DNA of 64,000 bases from an uncultured Bacilli bacterium (GTDB taxonomy: Bacteria > Bacillota_I > Bacilli_A > RFN20 > CAG-449): positions 17,444 to 81,443 of the forward strand of contig CANQWG010000002.1 of NCBI GenBank assembly GCA_947627505.1. Reading direction: 5' to 3'. Below are positions 9,366-18,509 of this stretch, piece after piece. How positions within the stretch are numbered: the stretch's first letter is position 1; the number at the start of each line of letters is the position of its first letter. Both the position numbers and the translations under genes were made by a program. The notes beneath the pieces were generated by a model. The model made no database searches, was not told the DNA's origin, and saw only the letters and a program-made list of their open reading frames with translations.

Positions 9366-10383
9366 TTAACTGTACGATATCTTCGCATGATGTAGATTTT
9401 TTTATTTCTCTTTGTACGTTTTTCATCATTTCTTTGATTTTTTCATCTTCAATCACCCGGACGATTTCACTTTTTAAAAGATAAGGATTTAATTGTGTTT
9501 CTTGCATTTCAACGCATCCTCCCTTTAATGCAAGATACGAAGCATTCAAATGCTGATGATTATGCTTTACATACGGCGAAGGAATTAAAATTAACGGACG
9601 TCCAAATTCGATAACTTCAGCGATCGAACTGCCTCCGGCGCGCATTATGATCAATTCATGGGTTGCAAAAAGTTCATCCATTTTACCATAGGAAATGATA
9701 GTTACATTGGCGCTTTTTTTCATTTTTTTGGCTTTTTCATAATATTTAGTGCCACTGATAATCGTAATTTGATATTGAGACAGTAACAAAGCAGTATTGA
9801 TAGCTAATTCCAATAAAGTCGTCGAACCAAGGGAACCACTTACAAAAAGAATCGTTTTCTTTTTGGGGATTTCCGTCGTCCTTTTCATGAGATAACCCGA
9901 TGGATTTCCAAGATAATGAACCTTTAATTTTTTCGGTTTTTTCTCTAACTTTGATTCATCGAAAGAAAATATCAAGTCATCGGCTCGTTTTAAAGAAAAC
10001 TTTAAAGCATCGCCAAGCGGGACATTTTGCTCGTGAAGAATCAATCGTTTCCCTTTTATTTTAGGCATACATGAAGCCACAAAAGTAATAAACCCGCCAC
10101 ATCCAACGATCACATCAAAATTTTCGATTAAGTTATTAAGTTTTCGAAATTCTTTGATTTCTAAAGGATAATGTTTTACGTCCTTAACAAAATTTTTAAA
10201 TGATTTAGCGATTTCAAGGGCAATAAGATCCTCTTTAGCGATTAACTTTTCCTCGATTTCTCCTTTTATTCCCAAATATTTGACCAAATGTCCGTGCCTT
10301 TTTAATTCTGTTCCTAAAGCTATTGCCGGATTGATGTGTCCCCCTGAAGAGGAAGCACATAATAACACTCTACTCTTGTTCAT
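9349..10383 (-). CDS. murG: undecaprenyldiphospho-muramoylpentapeptide beta-N-acetylglucosaminyltransferase MurG
   Basis: N-terminal G-loop SSGGHINPA and a C-terminal UDP-GlcNAc binding region. Confidence 0.9.
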   Translation of the reverse strand: MNKSRVLLCASSSGGHINPAIALGTELKRHGHLVKYLGIKGEIEEKLIAKEDLIALEIAKSFKNFVKDVKHYPLEIKEFRKLNNLIENFDVIVGCGGFITFVASCMPKIKGKRLILHEQNVPLGDALKFSLKRADDLIFSFDESKLEKKPKKLKVHYLGNPSGYLMKRTTEIPKKKTILFVSGSLGSTTLLELAINTALLLSQYQITIISGTKYYEKAKKMKKSANVTIISYGKMDELFATHELIIMRAGGSSIAEVIEFGRPLILIPSPYVKHNHQHLNASYLALKGGCVEMQETQLNPYLLKSEIVRVIEDEKIKEMMKNVQREIKKSTSCEDIVQLIEKYD

Positions 10384-11455
10384 TTTTATTCACCATTAAT
10401 CCTAAAGAAAAAAGCAAAACACACAACGAAGAACCACCATAACTGATAAGCGGTAACGTAATTCCAGTCACCGGAAAAAGTGAAATCACGACCCCCAAAT
10501 TGATGATCACTTGAATCATGAATAAGGCCAAAAGACCTAAACACATGTAGCATTTAAAAATATTTTTGGTGCTGAAAATCAATTTAAAAGCACAGAAAAA
10601 CATCAACCCATACAATCCGATGACGATTAGTCCGCCGAAAAGACCAAACTCTTCCACGATGATAGCAAAAATAAAATCTGTCTGGGGTTCTGGCAAATAA
10701 TAATGCTTTTGATAACTTTCCCCGATTCCTTGACCTAATAATCCTCCAGGTCCTATCGCGTATAAACTTTGAATGATTTGAAATCCCGAACCTAATGGGT
10801 CTTGAAACGGATCGATAAATGACATGATTCGTTCAAAACGATATGATGCCGAAAGTATTAAAATACACACGGCAAAGATGCCGGTAAACATGAAAATGAC
10901 AAACCACTTTAACGGCATTCTTGAAGCGTAAATTTGCGCAAATAACGAAACCGCAAGAACCATGCATGTGCCAAAATCAGGTTGCAGCATAATTAATATA
11001 AATCCGATCGACGCAATCAATAAAGGAGGTAAAATTGTTTTGATTTTATCGCTTTGTTCATAAAATTTTTCAAGATACTTAGCAAAGAAAATAATCAGCG
11101 AAATTTTTAAAAATTCCGATGGTTGAAAAGAAAAACCGCCGAATCCAAGCCACGAAGCAGAACCGCCGCGAATTAATCCGACTCCAGGAATCAAAACTAA
11201 AATTAATAGCAAAAACGAAATGGCTAAAAAGTAATTGGCATATTTTTTTAAAAACGATGCGCTGATTTTACTACCAAGAAAAAAACCACCGATTCCCACA
11301 CACGCGTAAAGTGCTTGCCGTTTTAGAAAATAAAACTGATCGCCATATTTAAACTGAGCCCATACTGAAGAGGCTTCATAAACCATAAAAACTCCAAAAA
11401 TGGTTAAAAGCAATCCGGAAATGGTGAGTGCTTTACGATAAAAATTGCTATTCAT
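10370..11455 (-). CDS. ftsW: SEDS-family lipid II flippase/peptidoglycan polymerase (FtsW/SpoVE)
   Basis: 10-TM SEDS protein between murD and murG, as spoVE is in B. subtilis. Confidence 0.88.
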   Translation of the reverse strand: MNSNFYRKALTISGLLLTIFGVFMVYEASSVWAQFKYGDQFYFLKRQALYACVGIGGFFLGSKISASFLKKYANYFLAISFLLLILVLIPGVGLIRGGSASWLGFGGFSFQPSEFLKISLIIFFAKYLEKFYEQSDKIKTILPPLLIASIGFILIMLQPDFGTCMVLAVSLFAQIYASRMPLKWFVIFMFTGIFAVCILILSASYRFERIMSFIDPFQDPLGSGFQIIQSLYAIGPGGLLGQGIGESYQKHYYLPEPQTDFIFAIIVEEFGLFGGLIVIGLYGLMFFCAFKLIFSTKNIFKCYMCLGLLALFMIQVIINLGVVISLFPVTGITLPLISYGGSSLCVLLFSLGLMVNKNEQE

Positions 11456-12677
11456 AGTAAACTTTAACTAACTGGTTAAAGTGCTCACCCCTTTTCTTGT
11501 AGGAACTATATTGGTCGAAAGAACTACATCCCGGGGAGAATAAAATCGTCCCATGATTAAAACCAAGTTCTTGCAATCGTTCAAACACTTCGTCTAAATC
11601 ATCGAACATCTCACCTTTTAAGTATTGCGAAAGAAGTCTTTGATCGCGGCCGTAGATAAAAATTTTGTCATCATCGTTGAATTTTAAATTTTCGATACCG
11701 CCGGATTTATAAATTCCTCCGACAATAATCGCTCGCGGTCCTTTTGTAAAAGTGTTTATCGCGGCCTTTAAAGCATCGCAAGATGTCGATTTTGAATCAT
11801 TGACAATCGTTAAAGCATCGCTTTGATAAACAATTTCTTCGCGAAACGGAACCGGAATAAATGCTTTTAAACCTTTTTCAATATTTTGATAAGTTATACC
11901 AAGCGCTAACGCACATTTAATGGCTTTTATAATGTGCTTGATATTGTGAGCGCCACGTAAAGCGATCATAGTAGCATCAATCGTATATTTTTCATCAATT
12001 ATAAAATTTGTACCATTAAATATAACCCGTGATTTCTCTTCATTCGGAAGAGTTTCAAAACCCATATCCTCAAGACCGATTATTTGCGATCTTTCAAGAT
12101 TTAACATCGCTCTTTTTTTCGATGCCCGATAATATGCATAACTCACTACACTATCTAGATGATTCGGCGTGAGATTGGTATATATTAAAATTGTCGGTCT
12201 AAATTGATAAATATCTTCTAATTGAAATGATGACACTTCGACGATAAAAATTTCAGTATCCTTATTTTCAATTAGAGCTTCACAAAGTGGTGTGCCGATA
12301 TTGCCGCATACTGTGGTTTGATAAGTGGTTTTTAAAATCGATTCAAGTAGCTTTACGAGAGTCGTTTTCCCATTAGTGCCACTAACGGCAATCAATTTTT
12401 GATTTTTTAAATAACGAAATCCCAATTCTATCTCAGAAATCACTTCACGCGACAAAAGACGGCAGATTTCATAAATCTCATCGGTGGCTTTTATACCCGG
12501 CGAACGAACGCATAGATCAAATAATGGCAATTCATCTTTTAATCGCCGTTTATCATAATATTCAACTCCTGGCAAAGTAATCTTCTCTTCATCGTAAACT
12601 GCGATTTCGTTTCCGTTTTTTAATAATTCGTATGCTGCCTTTCCACTCTTTTTAAATCCCAAAATCAACACTTTCAT
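11448..12677 (-). CDS. murD: UDP-N-acetylmuramoylalanine--D-glutamate ligase MurD
   Basis: Mur ligase motif GTNGKTT. I place the start at the internal ATG (MKVLILGFKKSG) with a GGAG RBS. This makes an ATGA overlap with the mraY stop, instead of the 25-codon longer ORF. Confidence 0.85.
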   Translation of the reverse strand: MKVLILGFKKSGKAAYELLKNGNEIAVYDEEKITLPGVEYYDKRRLKDELPLFDLCVRSPGIKATDEIYEICRLLSREVISEIELGFRYLKNQKLIAVSGTNGKTTLVKLLESILKTTYQTTVCGNIGTPLCEALIENKDTEIFIVEVSSFQLEDIYQFRPTILIYTNLTPNHLDSVVSYAYYRASKKRAMLNLERSQIIGLEDMGFETLPNEEKSRVIFNGTNFIIDEKYTIDATMIALRGAHNIKHIIKAIKCALALGITYQNIEKGLKAFIPVPFREEIVYQSDALTIVNDSKSTSCDALKAAINTFTKGPRAIIVGGIYKSGGIENLKFNDDDKIFIYGRDQRLLSQYLKGEMFDDLDEVFERLQELGFNHGTILFSPGCSSFDQYSSYKKRGEHFNQLVKVYYE

Positions 12678-13663
12678 AGTCCCACTCCAATCATTAAAGC
12701 GACAAACGATAGCACTAATGCCAAAAGCGTGAAAACCATGACAACTTTCCACTCGGCCACTCCCTTCATTTCAAAATGATGATGAAGAGGTGCCATTAAA
12801 AAAACACGCTTATGTGTCATTTTAAAATATGCGACTTGAATGATTACACTCAACGTTTCAATCACAAAAAGCGCTCCAACTACAATAAGACTTCCCTCGG
12901 CTTTTAAAACGATGGCGATTATTGCTAAAACTCCGCCTAGCATCAAAGAACCACAATCGCCCATAAAAATTTTGGCAGGATGCAGATTTAATGGCGCAAA
13001 ACCGACAAGAGCGCCAAATAAAGCGCATAACAGAAAGCTAACATCATATTGTTCACGCACTAAGGCGATAGTCACAAATGGCATAAGAGCGATGATCATC
13101 AGTAAAGTCGCTAAGCCATCAAGACCATCAGAGAGATTTACCGCGTTACCGCTTCCTACAATCATTAATGGAAAAAGAAAAATAAACAACACTCCGATGT
13201 CGATAATAATCTTTGGAAATGCCAAATGAAAATACCAAGTGGTACTATCGCTATATCCTAAAAAAATGAGAATCAAAAAAGCGATAAGTAATTCTAAAAG
13301 GAAACGAATCGAAGCCGGCATTCCTTTTGAATCATGGTAGTGTACCTTACGATAATCGTCAATTAAGCCAATTAAAAAATAAGATGCCATCACCAAAATA
13401 ATTGCTTGAACATCGCGCAACAAAAAACTCGATGGAGATATTAAAACGAGCGATAAAAAAGTAGCGACGATCATTCCGATACCACCCATTGTCGGAGTCT
13501 TATTCTTTAGTTGATGAGTGCTTACAATATCTTCGCGTATCGCTTGATATAGTGATTCTTTTTTGGCTTTTTTTATTATAAATTTATTGATAATATTTGA
13601 AACTACGATGCTTATCAACAATATTAAAGCGCATTTTATAACGACGACTTGCCGGAAATCCAT
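12674..13663 (-). CDS. mraY: phospho-N-acetylmuramoyl-pentapeptide transferase MraY
   Basis: Polytopic membrane protein with the NLxDGLDGLA motif. Confidence 0.92.
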   Translation of the reverse strand: MDFRQVVVIKCALILLISIVVSNIINKFIIKKAKKESLYQAIREDIVSTHQLKNKTPTMGGIGMIVATFLSLVLISPSSFLLRDVQAIILVMASYFLIGLIDDYRKVHYHDSKGMPASIRFLLELLIAFLILIFLGYSDSTTWYFHLAFPKIIIDIGVLFIFLFPLMIVGSGNAVNLSDGLDGLATLLMIIALMPFVTIALVREQYDVSFLLCALFGALVGFAPLNLHPAKIFMGDCGSLMLGGVLAIIAIVLKAEGSLIVVGALFVIETLSVIIQVAYFKMTHKRVFLMAPLHHHFEMKGVAEWKVVMVFTLLALVLSFVALMIGVGL

Positions 13664-14994
13664 GATTCAACCTCCTTATAGTCACTATATGGCACTTTGC
13701 GATTTCCGATGATTGAATAATTTTCATCTCCTTTGCCAAGGATTACCACCAACTCATCGGCGGACGCATGATCTAAGGCGTATTTAATCGCCGTTTTACG
13801 ATTATGGATGATGATGAAAGAATCTTGATGACCAGCGACAATATCGTCGATGATTTTTTGCGGGTCTTCATTACGAGGATTATCATCCGTTACGATTCTT
13901 TTATCGGCATATTCAAGCGCTAAATTTCCATATCGTTTTCGCTTCGTGGTGTCGCGTTCTCCACCCGCGCCAAAGATCACGGTCATTTTTCCTTGATGAA
14001 TCTTCTTTAAGCAACTTAGTATCGTTTTAAAACTACTTTCCGTATGAGCGTAATCGATGATGATGTATGGCTTTTGATAAACGAGATCCATACGTCCTTT
14101 TATCGGTTTTAAGTTACTGACACATTGCCTAATATTTATAAAATTTTCACTTTGTAAAAATGCGATTAATAGCGAGATATTGACTATCGATATCGCTGAT
14201 AGTTTAGTTTTATATCTACAATTTTGAAAATTGAATTCAGTCAGTGAAAGGCTCGATGAAATAACATTCGGTAATGGTACTTTTATACCATTCAATTCCT
14301 TTTTTAATGCTTGAGAATAAAACAATTTGCCATGTGGGTTACTGCTTATAAAATCTAGCTTTGCCTGATGGTACGCTTCGATTGTTTGGTGATAATCAAG
14401 ATGATCGCTTTCTAGATTCGTTAAAAATATTGTATCAAAACGTATGCCGTTTACACGTTCTTCTTTGTACGCGATCGAACTCACTTCCATCACTAAATAT
14501 CGGTCATGACGTTTGACGGCTTCATTGAAAAAATATGCGATTTTTGACGCGCGTGGTGTCGTTAAATCACTCATAAACGTTTTTTCGTCGTATCGTACAG
14601 TAGAAATTAGCGCCACCTTTTTTTTATAAAATTCCAAGGCTTCGACTAGTAAATGAGCCAGACTGGTTTTTCCGTTTGTACCGGTTATCGCAATGAGATG
14701 CAATTCACTTAAATCGAGATGATAAAAATAAGCGCAAATATCAAAGACTCTTTTTTTTAGATCTTTGACATAAATGGTACCTCGTATTTTTTGATCGGCA
14801 AGAATCAAGGGACACCGACTTTTTTTGGCCTCTTTTACCTGCTGTTTAGTCGTGTAATGGTGGCCATTAATGGCTAAAAAGCAAGTGGTTTGATCGACAG
14901 ATGATAAATCTTCTTCGATTTTTTCGATTTCGCGTGAATCGTCGCTTATTACTCCAATGAAAGCTAAAATATCTTTAATTTTCATTTTATTCAC
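13636..14994 (-). CDS. murE: UDP-N-acetylmuramoyl-tripeptide synthetase MurE
   Basis: Mur ligase GTNGKTS P-loop. The C-terminal DNPR motif (DDNPRNEDP) is diagnostic of MurE rather than MurF. Confidence 0.8.
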   Translation of the reverse strand: MNKMKIKDILAFIGVISDDSREIEKIEEDLSSVDQTTCFLAINGHHYTTKQQVKEAKKSRCPLILADQKIRGTIYVKDLKKRVFDICAYFYHLDLSELHLIAITGTNGKTSLAHLLVEALEFYKKKVALISTVRYDEKTFMSDLTTPRASKIAYFFNEAVKRHDRYLVMEVSSIAYKEERVNGIRFDTIFLTNLESDHLDYHQTIEAYHQAKLDFISSNPHGKLFYSQALKKELNGIKVPLPNVISSSLSLTEFNFQNCRYKTKLSAISIVNISLLIAFLQSENFINIRQCVSNLKPIKGRMDLVYQKPYIIIDYAHTESSFKTILSCLKKIHQGKMTVIFGAGGERDTTKRKRYGNLALEYADKRIVTDDNPRNEDPQKIIDDIVAGHQDSFIIIHNRKTAIKYALDHASADELVVILGKGDENYSIIGNRKVPYSDYKEVESWISGKSSL

Positions 14995-16903
14995 CGCCTA
15001 GCATAATCACGACTTTAGAACCAATAGGAATCATTTCGCCGACGCGCGGCAATTGATCGATTACTTTATTTCCCGATCCGACAAAAACAAAAGTGAAGTC
15101 ACGCGATTTAACCTCTTTTTTATCTTTACCGATAAAATTTGGGACTTGCGCCGTCTTAGTATCCATCCATGTGTATTCACGTTCGATGCCCTCATAATTT
15201 TTTTCTACACCGAGTGTCTTTAAACAATCTTCAATAATTCTTCCGATAATCGGACCGACGGTTGTTCCACCGTACTGTACGGCGTTATGCGCATTCTTGA
15301 TTGAAAAATAGCAAACCAAGCGTGGATCGTTCATCGGGGCTCCGGCGATAAAAGAAAGGATGTATTTCCCATCGACATAGGCGCCGTTTTCAGCAATTTG
15401 AGCCGTTCCTGTTTTACCTCCGACACGATAACCTTCAACGTATGCTTTACGTCCTGATCCACGAGAAACCACCGATTCCAAGGCTCGACGCATCGTCTTT
15501 GACGTTTCTTCACTGATCACTTGACGTACAACTGTTGGAGTAACTTCATAGACTCTTTCCATCAATGAAGACGAAAGAAGCGATTTACAAACATGCGGTT
15601 TAAAAAGATAACCACCATTAATTACAGCGCTGAATGCTGTCACTAACTGCATCGCGGTGACTGAAATACCTTGGCCAAAAGCGGTAGTCGCTTGTTCTAA
15701 TTCGTTAAAATTATCATATGAAAACATAATTCCTTTATTTTCCCCTTGGATATCGACCCCGGTCTTTTGATTAAATCCAAAATCTTTGACGTATTGATAT
15801 AATTTATCTTTTCCTAACATTCTTGCAATTTGAACAAATCCAGGGTTAGAAGAATTCTCCAACACCTCAAGATAAGTCTGCAATCCATGTCCGCCTTTTT
15901 TCCATGAATTGATGCGGGTACCCGCCACAATTTCGTATCCCTTATCATAGTAAGTATCATTATCGATATCGATTAAATTTTCATTGATTGCCGAAGCAAA
16001 TGTGATCGCCTTAAAGGTAGAACCTGGTTCAAAAGAATTATAGACCGGCAATAATCGATTGTAGATAGTCTGATCATAATCTTGATAGCGATTGTTATCG
16101 TAAGTCGGTCGATTGCCGATCGCAAGAATTTCACCATTATTGGGATCCATAATAATTCCTACAACTTCATCGGCGTTGTATTGTAAGTATGCATTTTCCA
16201 TTTCCCGTTCGAGAATATTTTGCAACCTTAAATCGATGGTTAGTTCTAAACTCATTCCTTGACTGGGTGCGATGATTTCACTTTGGGTGTTGGGGAAAAG
16301 ACCGCCTTTGGCATCCATATAATAATTTAACGAACCCTTTTTCCCGGTTAAATAGTTATCATAATAACTTTCAAGTCCCGCAAAACCAATATTGTCAATC
16401 CCCACAAATCCAATTAATGAAGCCATATATTCTTTATACGGATAGGTGCGAAGATTGTCCTGAACTAAATAAATACCATCAAGTGAAAGCTTTTCAATCT
16501 GTTCGGATTGTCCATAAGTCAATTTTCTTCCATAAGGATGGAAGGAAACTATCGAAGCCTTTTTATTGAGTTTTTCAAAAATTATCTCTTGATCGACTCC
16601 AAGAATACTTGCAAGATTAGCGCTAGCCTGCACTTTATCTTTAACTTGATAAGGAATCGCATAAAGCGATAATGTCGGTTCGTTAGTGGCCAATAATTCT
16701 CCATTCCGATCGATAATATAACCACGAGGAGCATAAAGCGGAAAAGACCTTTGCCACAATTCAGAAGCTAAAGTTACCAATTCTTGATGCATAAATATCG
16801 TGTTATAAGTCAATTTAAAAACTATCGAAGCCACCAACAAAACCGTGATAACCGCGATAGTTCTGATTCTTTTAATAAGCATTAACGGGAGCATTTTAAT
16901 CAC
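14987..16903 (-). CDS. class B penicillin-binding protein (FtsI/SpoVD/PBP2B-type transpeptidase)
   Basis: N-terminal TM anchor. Transpeptidase motifs STFK, SSN and KTGT are present. Confidence 0.88.
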   Translation of the reverse strand: MIKMLPLMLIKRIRTIAVITVLLVASIVFKLTYNTIFMHQELVTLASELWQRSFPLYAPRGYIIDRNGELLATNEPTLSLYAIPYQVKDKVQASANLASILGVDQEIIFEKLNKKASIVSFHPYGRKLTYGQSEQIEKLSLDGIYLVQDNLRTYPYKEYMASLIGFVGIDNIGFAGLESYYDNYLTGKKGSLNYYMDAKGGLFPNTQSEIIAPSQGMSLELTIDLRLQNILEREMENAYLQYNADEVVGIIMDPNNGEILAIGNRPTYDNNRYQDYDQTIYNRLLPVYNSFEPGSTFKAITFASAINENLIDIDNDTYYDKGYEIVAGTRINSWKKGGHGLQTYLEVLENSSNPGFVQIARMLGKDKLYQYVKDFGFNQKTGVDIQGENKGIMFSYDNFNELEQATTAFGQGISVTAMQLVTAFSAVINGGYLFKPHVCKSLLSSSLMERVYEVTPTVVRQVISEETSKTMRRALESVVSRGSGRKAYVEGYRVGGKTGTAQIAENGAYVDGKYILSFIAGAPMNDPRLVCYFSIKNAHNAVQYGGTTVGPIIGRIIEDCLKTLGVEKNYEGIEREYTWMDTKTAQVPNFIGKDKKEVKSRDFTFVFVGSGNKVIDQLPRVGEMIPIGSKVVIMLGGE

Positions 16904-16921
16904 CGTTAAATGATATTATCT

Positions 16922-18463
16922 TTATTTTTCTATTATGACCTCATCGACTTTAAAATTTAAGCCGTAACGATCTTTTTTCCATTTACCGATCAGCTTAAAC
17001 TGTTCACCTTTAATTTTCGGAAGCAAAGAAAAACCGATAAAACTTGTCATGCTATTGATCTTTCCGCGAATATGATTTTCTTTAAATGGATAGATTTCAT
17101 TTTTAGAAAGGTTAATTGAGAAAAAAGGCTCTTCAAATCCGTTTCCAAATGGATGTAAGCTTTCTAAAATCGCAAAATTCTCATCGTTAAAATCATCTTT
17201 TTCCATCGTAACGATCGCTTTTTTAGGTAAGCTCCACGTTTTATCGCGGATATACTCGTTGACACTGGCGATAAATGAAGGTAGATTTTCGCGCTTTAAC
17301 GTCAATCCTCCCGCGCATGCATGACCACCATAACGTTCTAATAGTGGCGCTGTGGCACTGAAAATATCAATTAACGAGATACCTTCGTATGAACGTGCCG
17401 ATCCGATTAAAAATTCTGGATTTTTACTATCACTAGTTAGTATTATACATGGTTTTTGATATTCATTTTGAATTCTTGAAGCGATGACACCCACTAGTCC
17501 TTCTTGAATTTTATCACACTCATTAATGATTATTCTCACCGTTTCAAAATTATCGCGATTAAGAGTTGAAACAGCATTTTGAGTTAAAGCTTTTCTTAAA
17601 TTATTATTGTTCTCGATAAAAGCGTGAAGACGAACAATTTCAGTGCGATCGGTTTCAACAAAGTATTTGACGACGCGATTGATCGCGATCGTCTCATTGA
17701 CCCGCCCGACAGCATTGATTTTAGGTGCGATTTCAAATCCCAATGTAGTCTCGTCATAATGTTCACTTTTAGAAAGCAAATCAAATTGAAGATAATGCTC
17801 GCTATTCAAATATCTTAATCCTAAGCGCAATAAGGTGCGATTATGATCTTTCAATTCCATGAGATCAGAAACCGTCGCCAAAGAAGCAAGCGCCAAAAGA
17901 TAATGATCTACATCTTGCAAAATGAGTCGTGAAAGCATGAAACTTACATAAGCGCCACACGAAGACGCACTAGTTATTTTTCTTTTAAATGGGTGAACTA
18001 TGGCATAACTTGGTACTTCTTTAAACATCATTTCATGATGGTCGGTAACAATGACGTCGATTCCGCGTTCTTTAGCCAATGTCAAAGCTTCGATTTGATT
18101 AACGCCATTATCGACAGTGACGATAAGCGAGTAGCCTTTATTTGCGATTTCTAAGACCTTTTCAGTTGTGATCCCATATCCGTCGAGATAGCGTGAAGGA
18201 ATGTAATATCCGGGATTTAATCCCCGTTTTTTTAATGCGATCATTAAAATCGATGTCGCCATGATTCCATCGCAATCATAGTCGCCATATATCATTACTT
18301 TTTCGCTGTTTTCAATCGCCTTTTCAAGGCGGTTATAGGCTTTTTCGATATCGACGAAATTATACGGATTTTCTAAATCATTAAGATCGATCTCTTCAAT
18401 CAATTTAGAATATTGCTCATCATCAATATTCAAAGCCTTTAAAAGACGTTCCACAAATATCAT
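16922..18463 (-). CDS. recJ: DHH/DHHA1 phosphoesterase, short RecJ-like single-stranded DNA exonuclease
   Basis: Motifs DHH (IVTDHHEM) and DHHA1 (GGHACAGG). Adjacent to secDF, as is recJ in B. subtilis. Confidence 0.7.
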   Translation of the reverse strand: MIFVERLLKALNIDDEQYSKLIEEIDLNDLENPYNFVDIEKAYNRLEKAIENSEKVMIYGDYDCDGIMATSILMIALKKRGLNPGYYIPSRYLDGYGITTEKVLEIANKGYSLIVTVDNGVNQIEALTLAKERGIDVIVTDHHEMMFKEVPSYAIVHPFKRKITSASSCGAYVSFMLSRLILQDVDHYLLALASLATVSDLMELKDHNRTLLRLGLRYLNSEHYLQFDLLSKSEHYDETTLGFEIAPKINAVGRVNETIAINRVVKYFVETDRTEIVRLHAFIENNNNLRKALTQNAVSTLNRDNFETVRIIINECDKIQEGLVGVIASRIQNEYQKPCIILTSDSKNPEFLIGSARSYEGISLIDIFSATAPLLERYGGHACAGGLTLKRENLPSFIASVNEYIRDKTWSLPKKAIVTMEKDDFNDENFAILESLHPFGNGFEEPFFSINLSKNEIYPFKENHIRGKINSMTSFIGFSLLPKIKGEQFKLIGKWKKDRYGLNFKVDEVIIEK

Positions 18464-18484
18464 ATTGATACTCCTTTAAAAAAA

Positions 18485-18504
18485 AGGTTGCCAAGAGGCA
18501 ACCT
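18485..18504 (-). terminator. rho-independent terminator after secDF
   Basis: Hairpin AGGTTGCC-AAGA-GGCAACCT, with a T-run on the minus strand (A-run at 18473-18484). Confidence 0.7.
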
Positions 18505-18509
18505 CATTA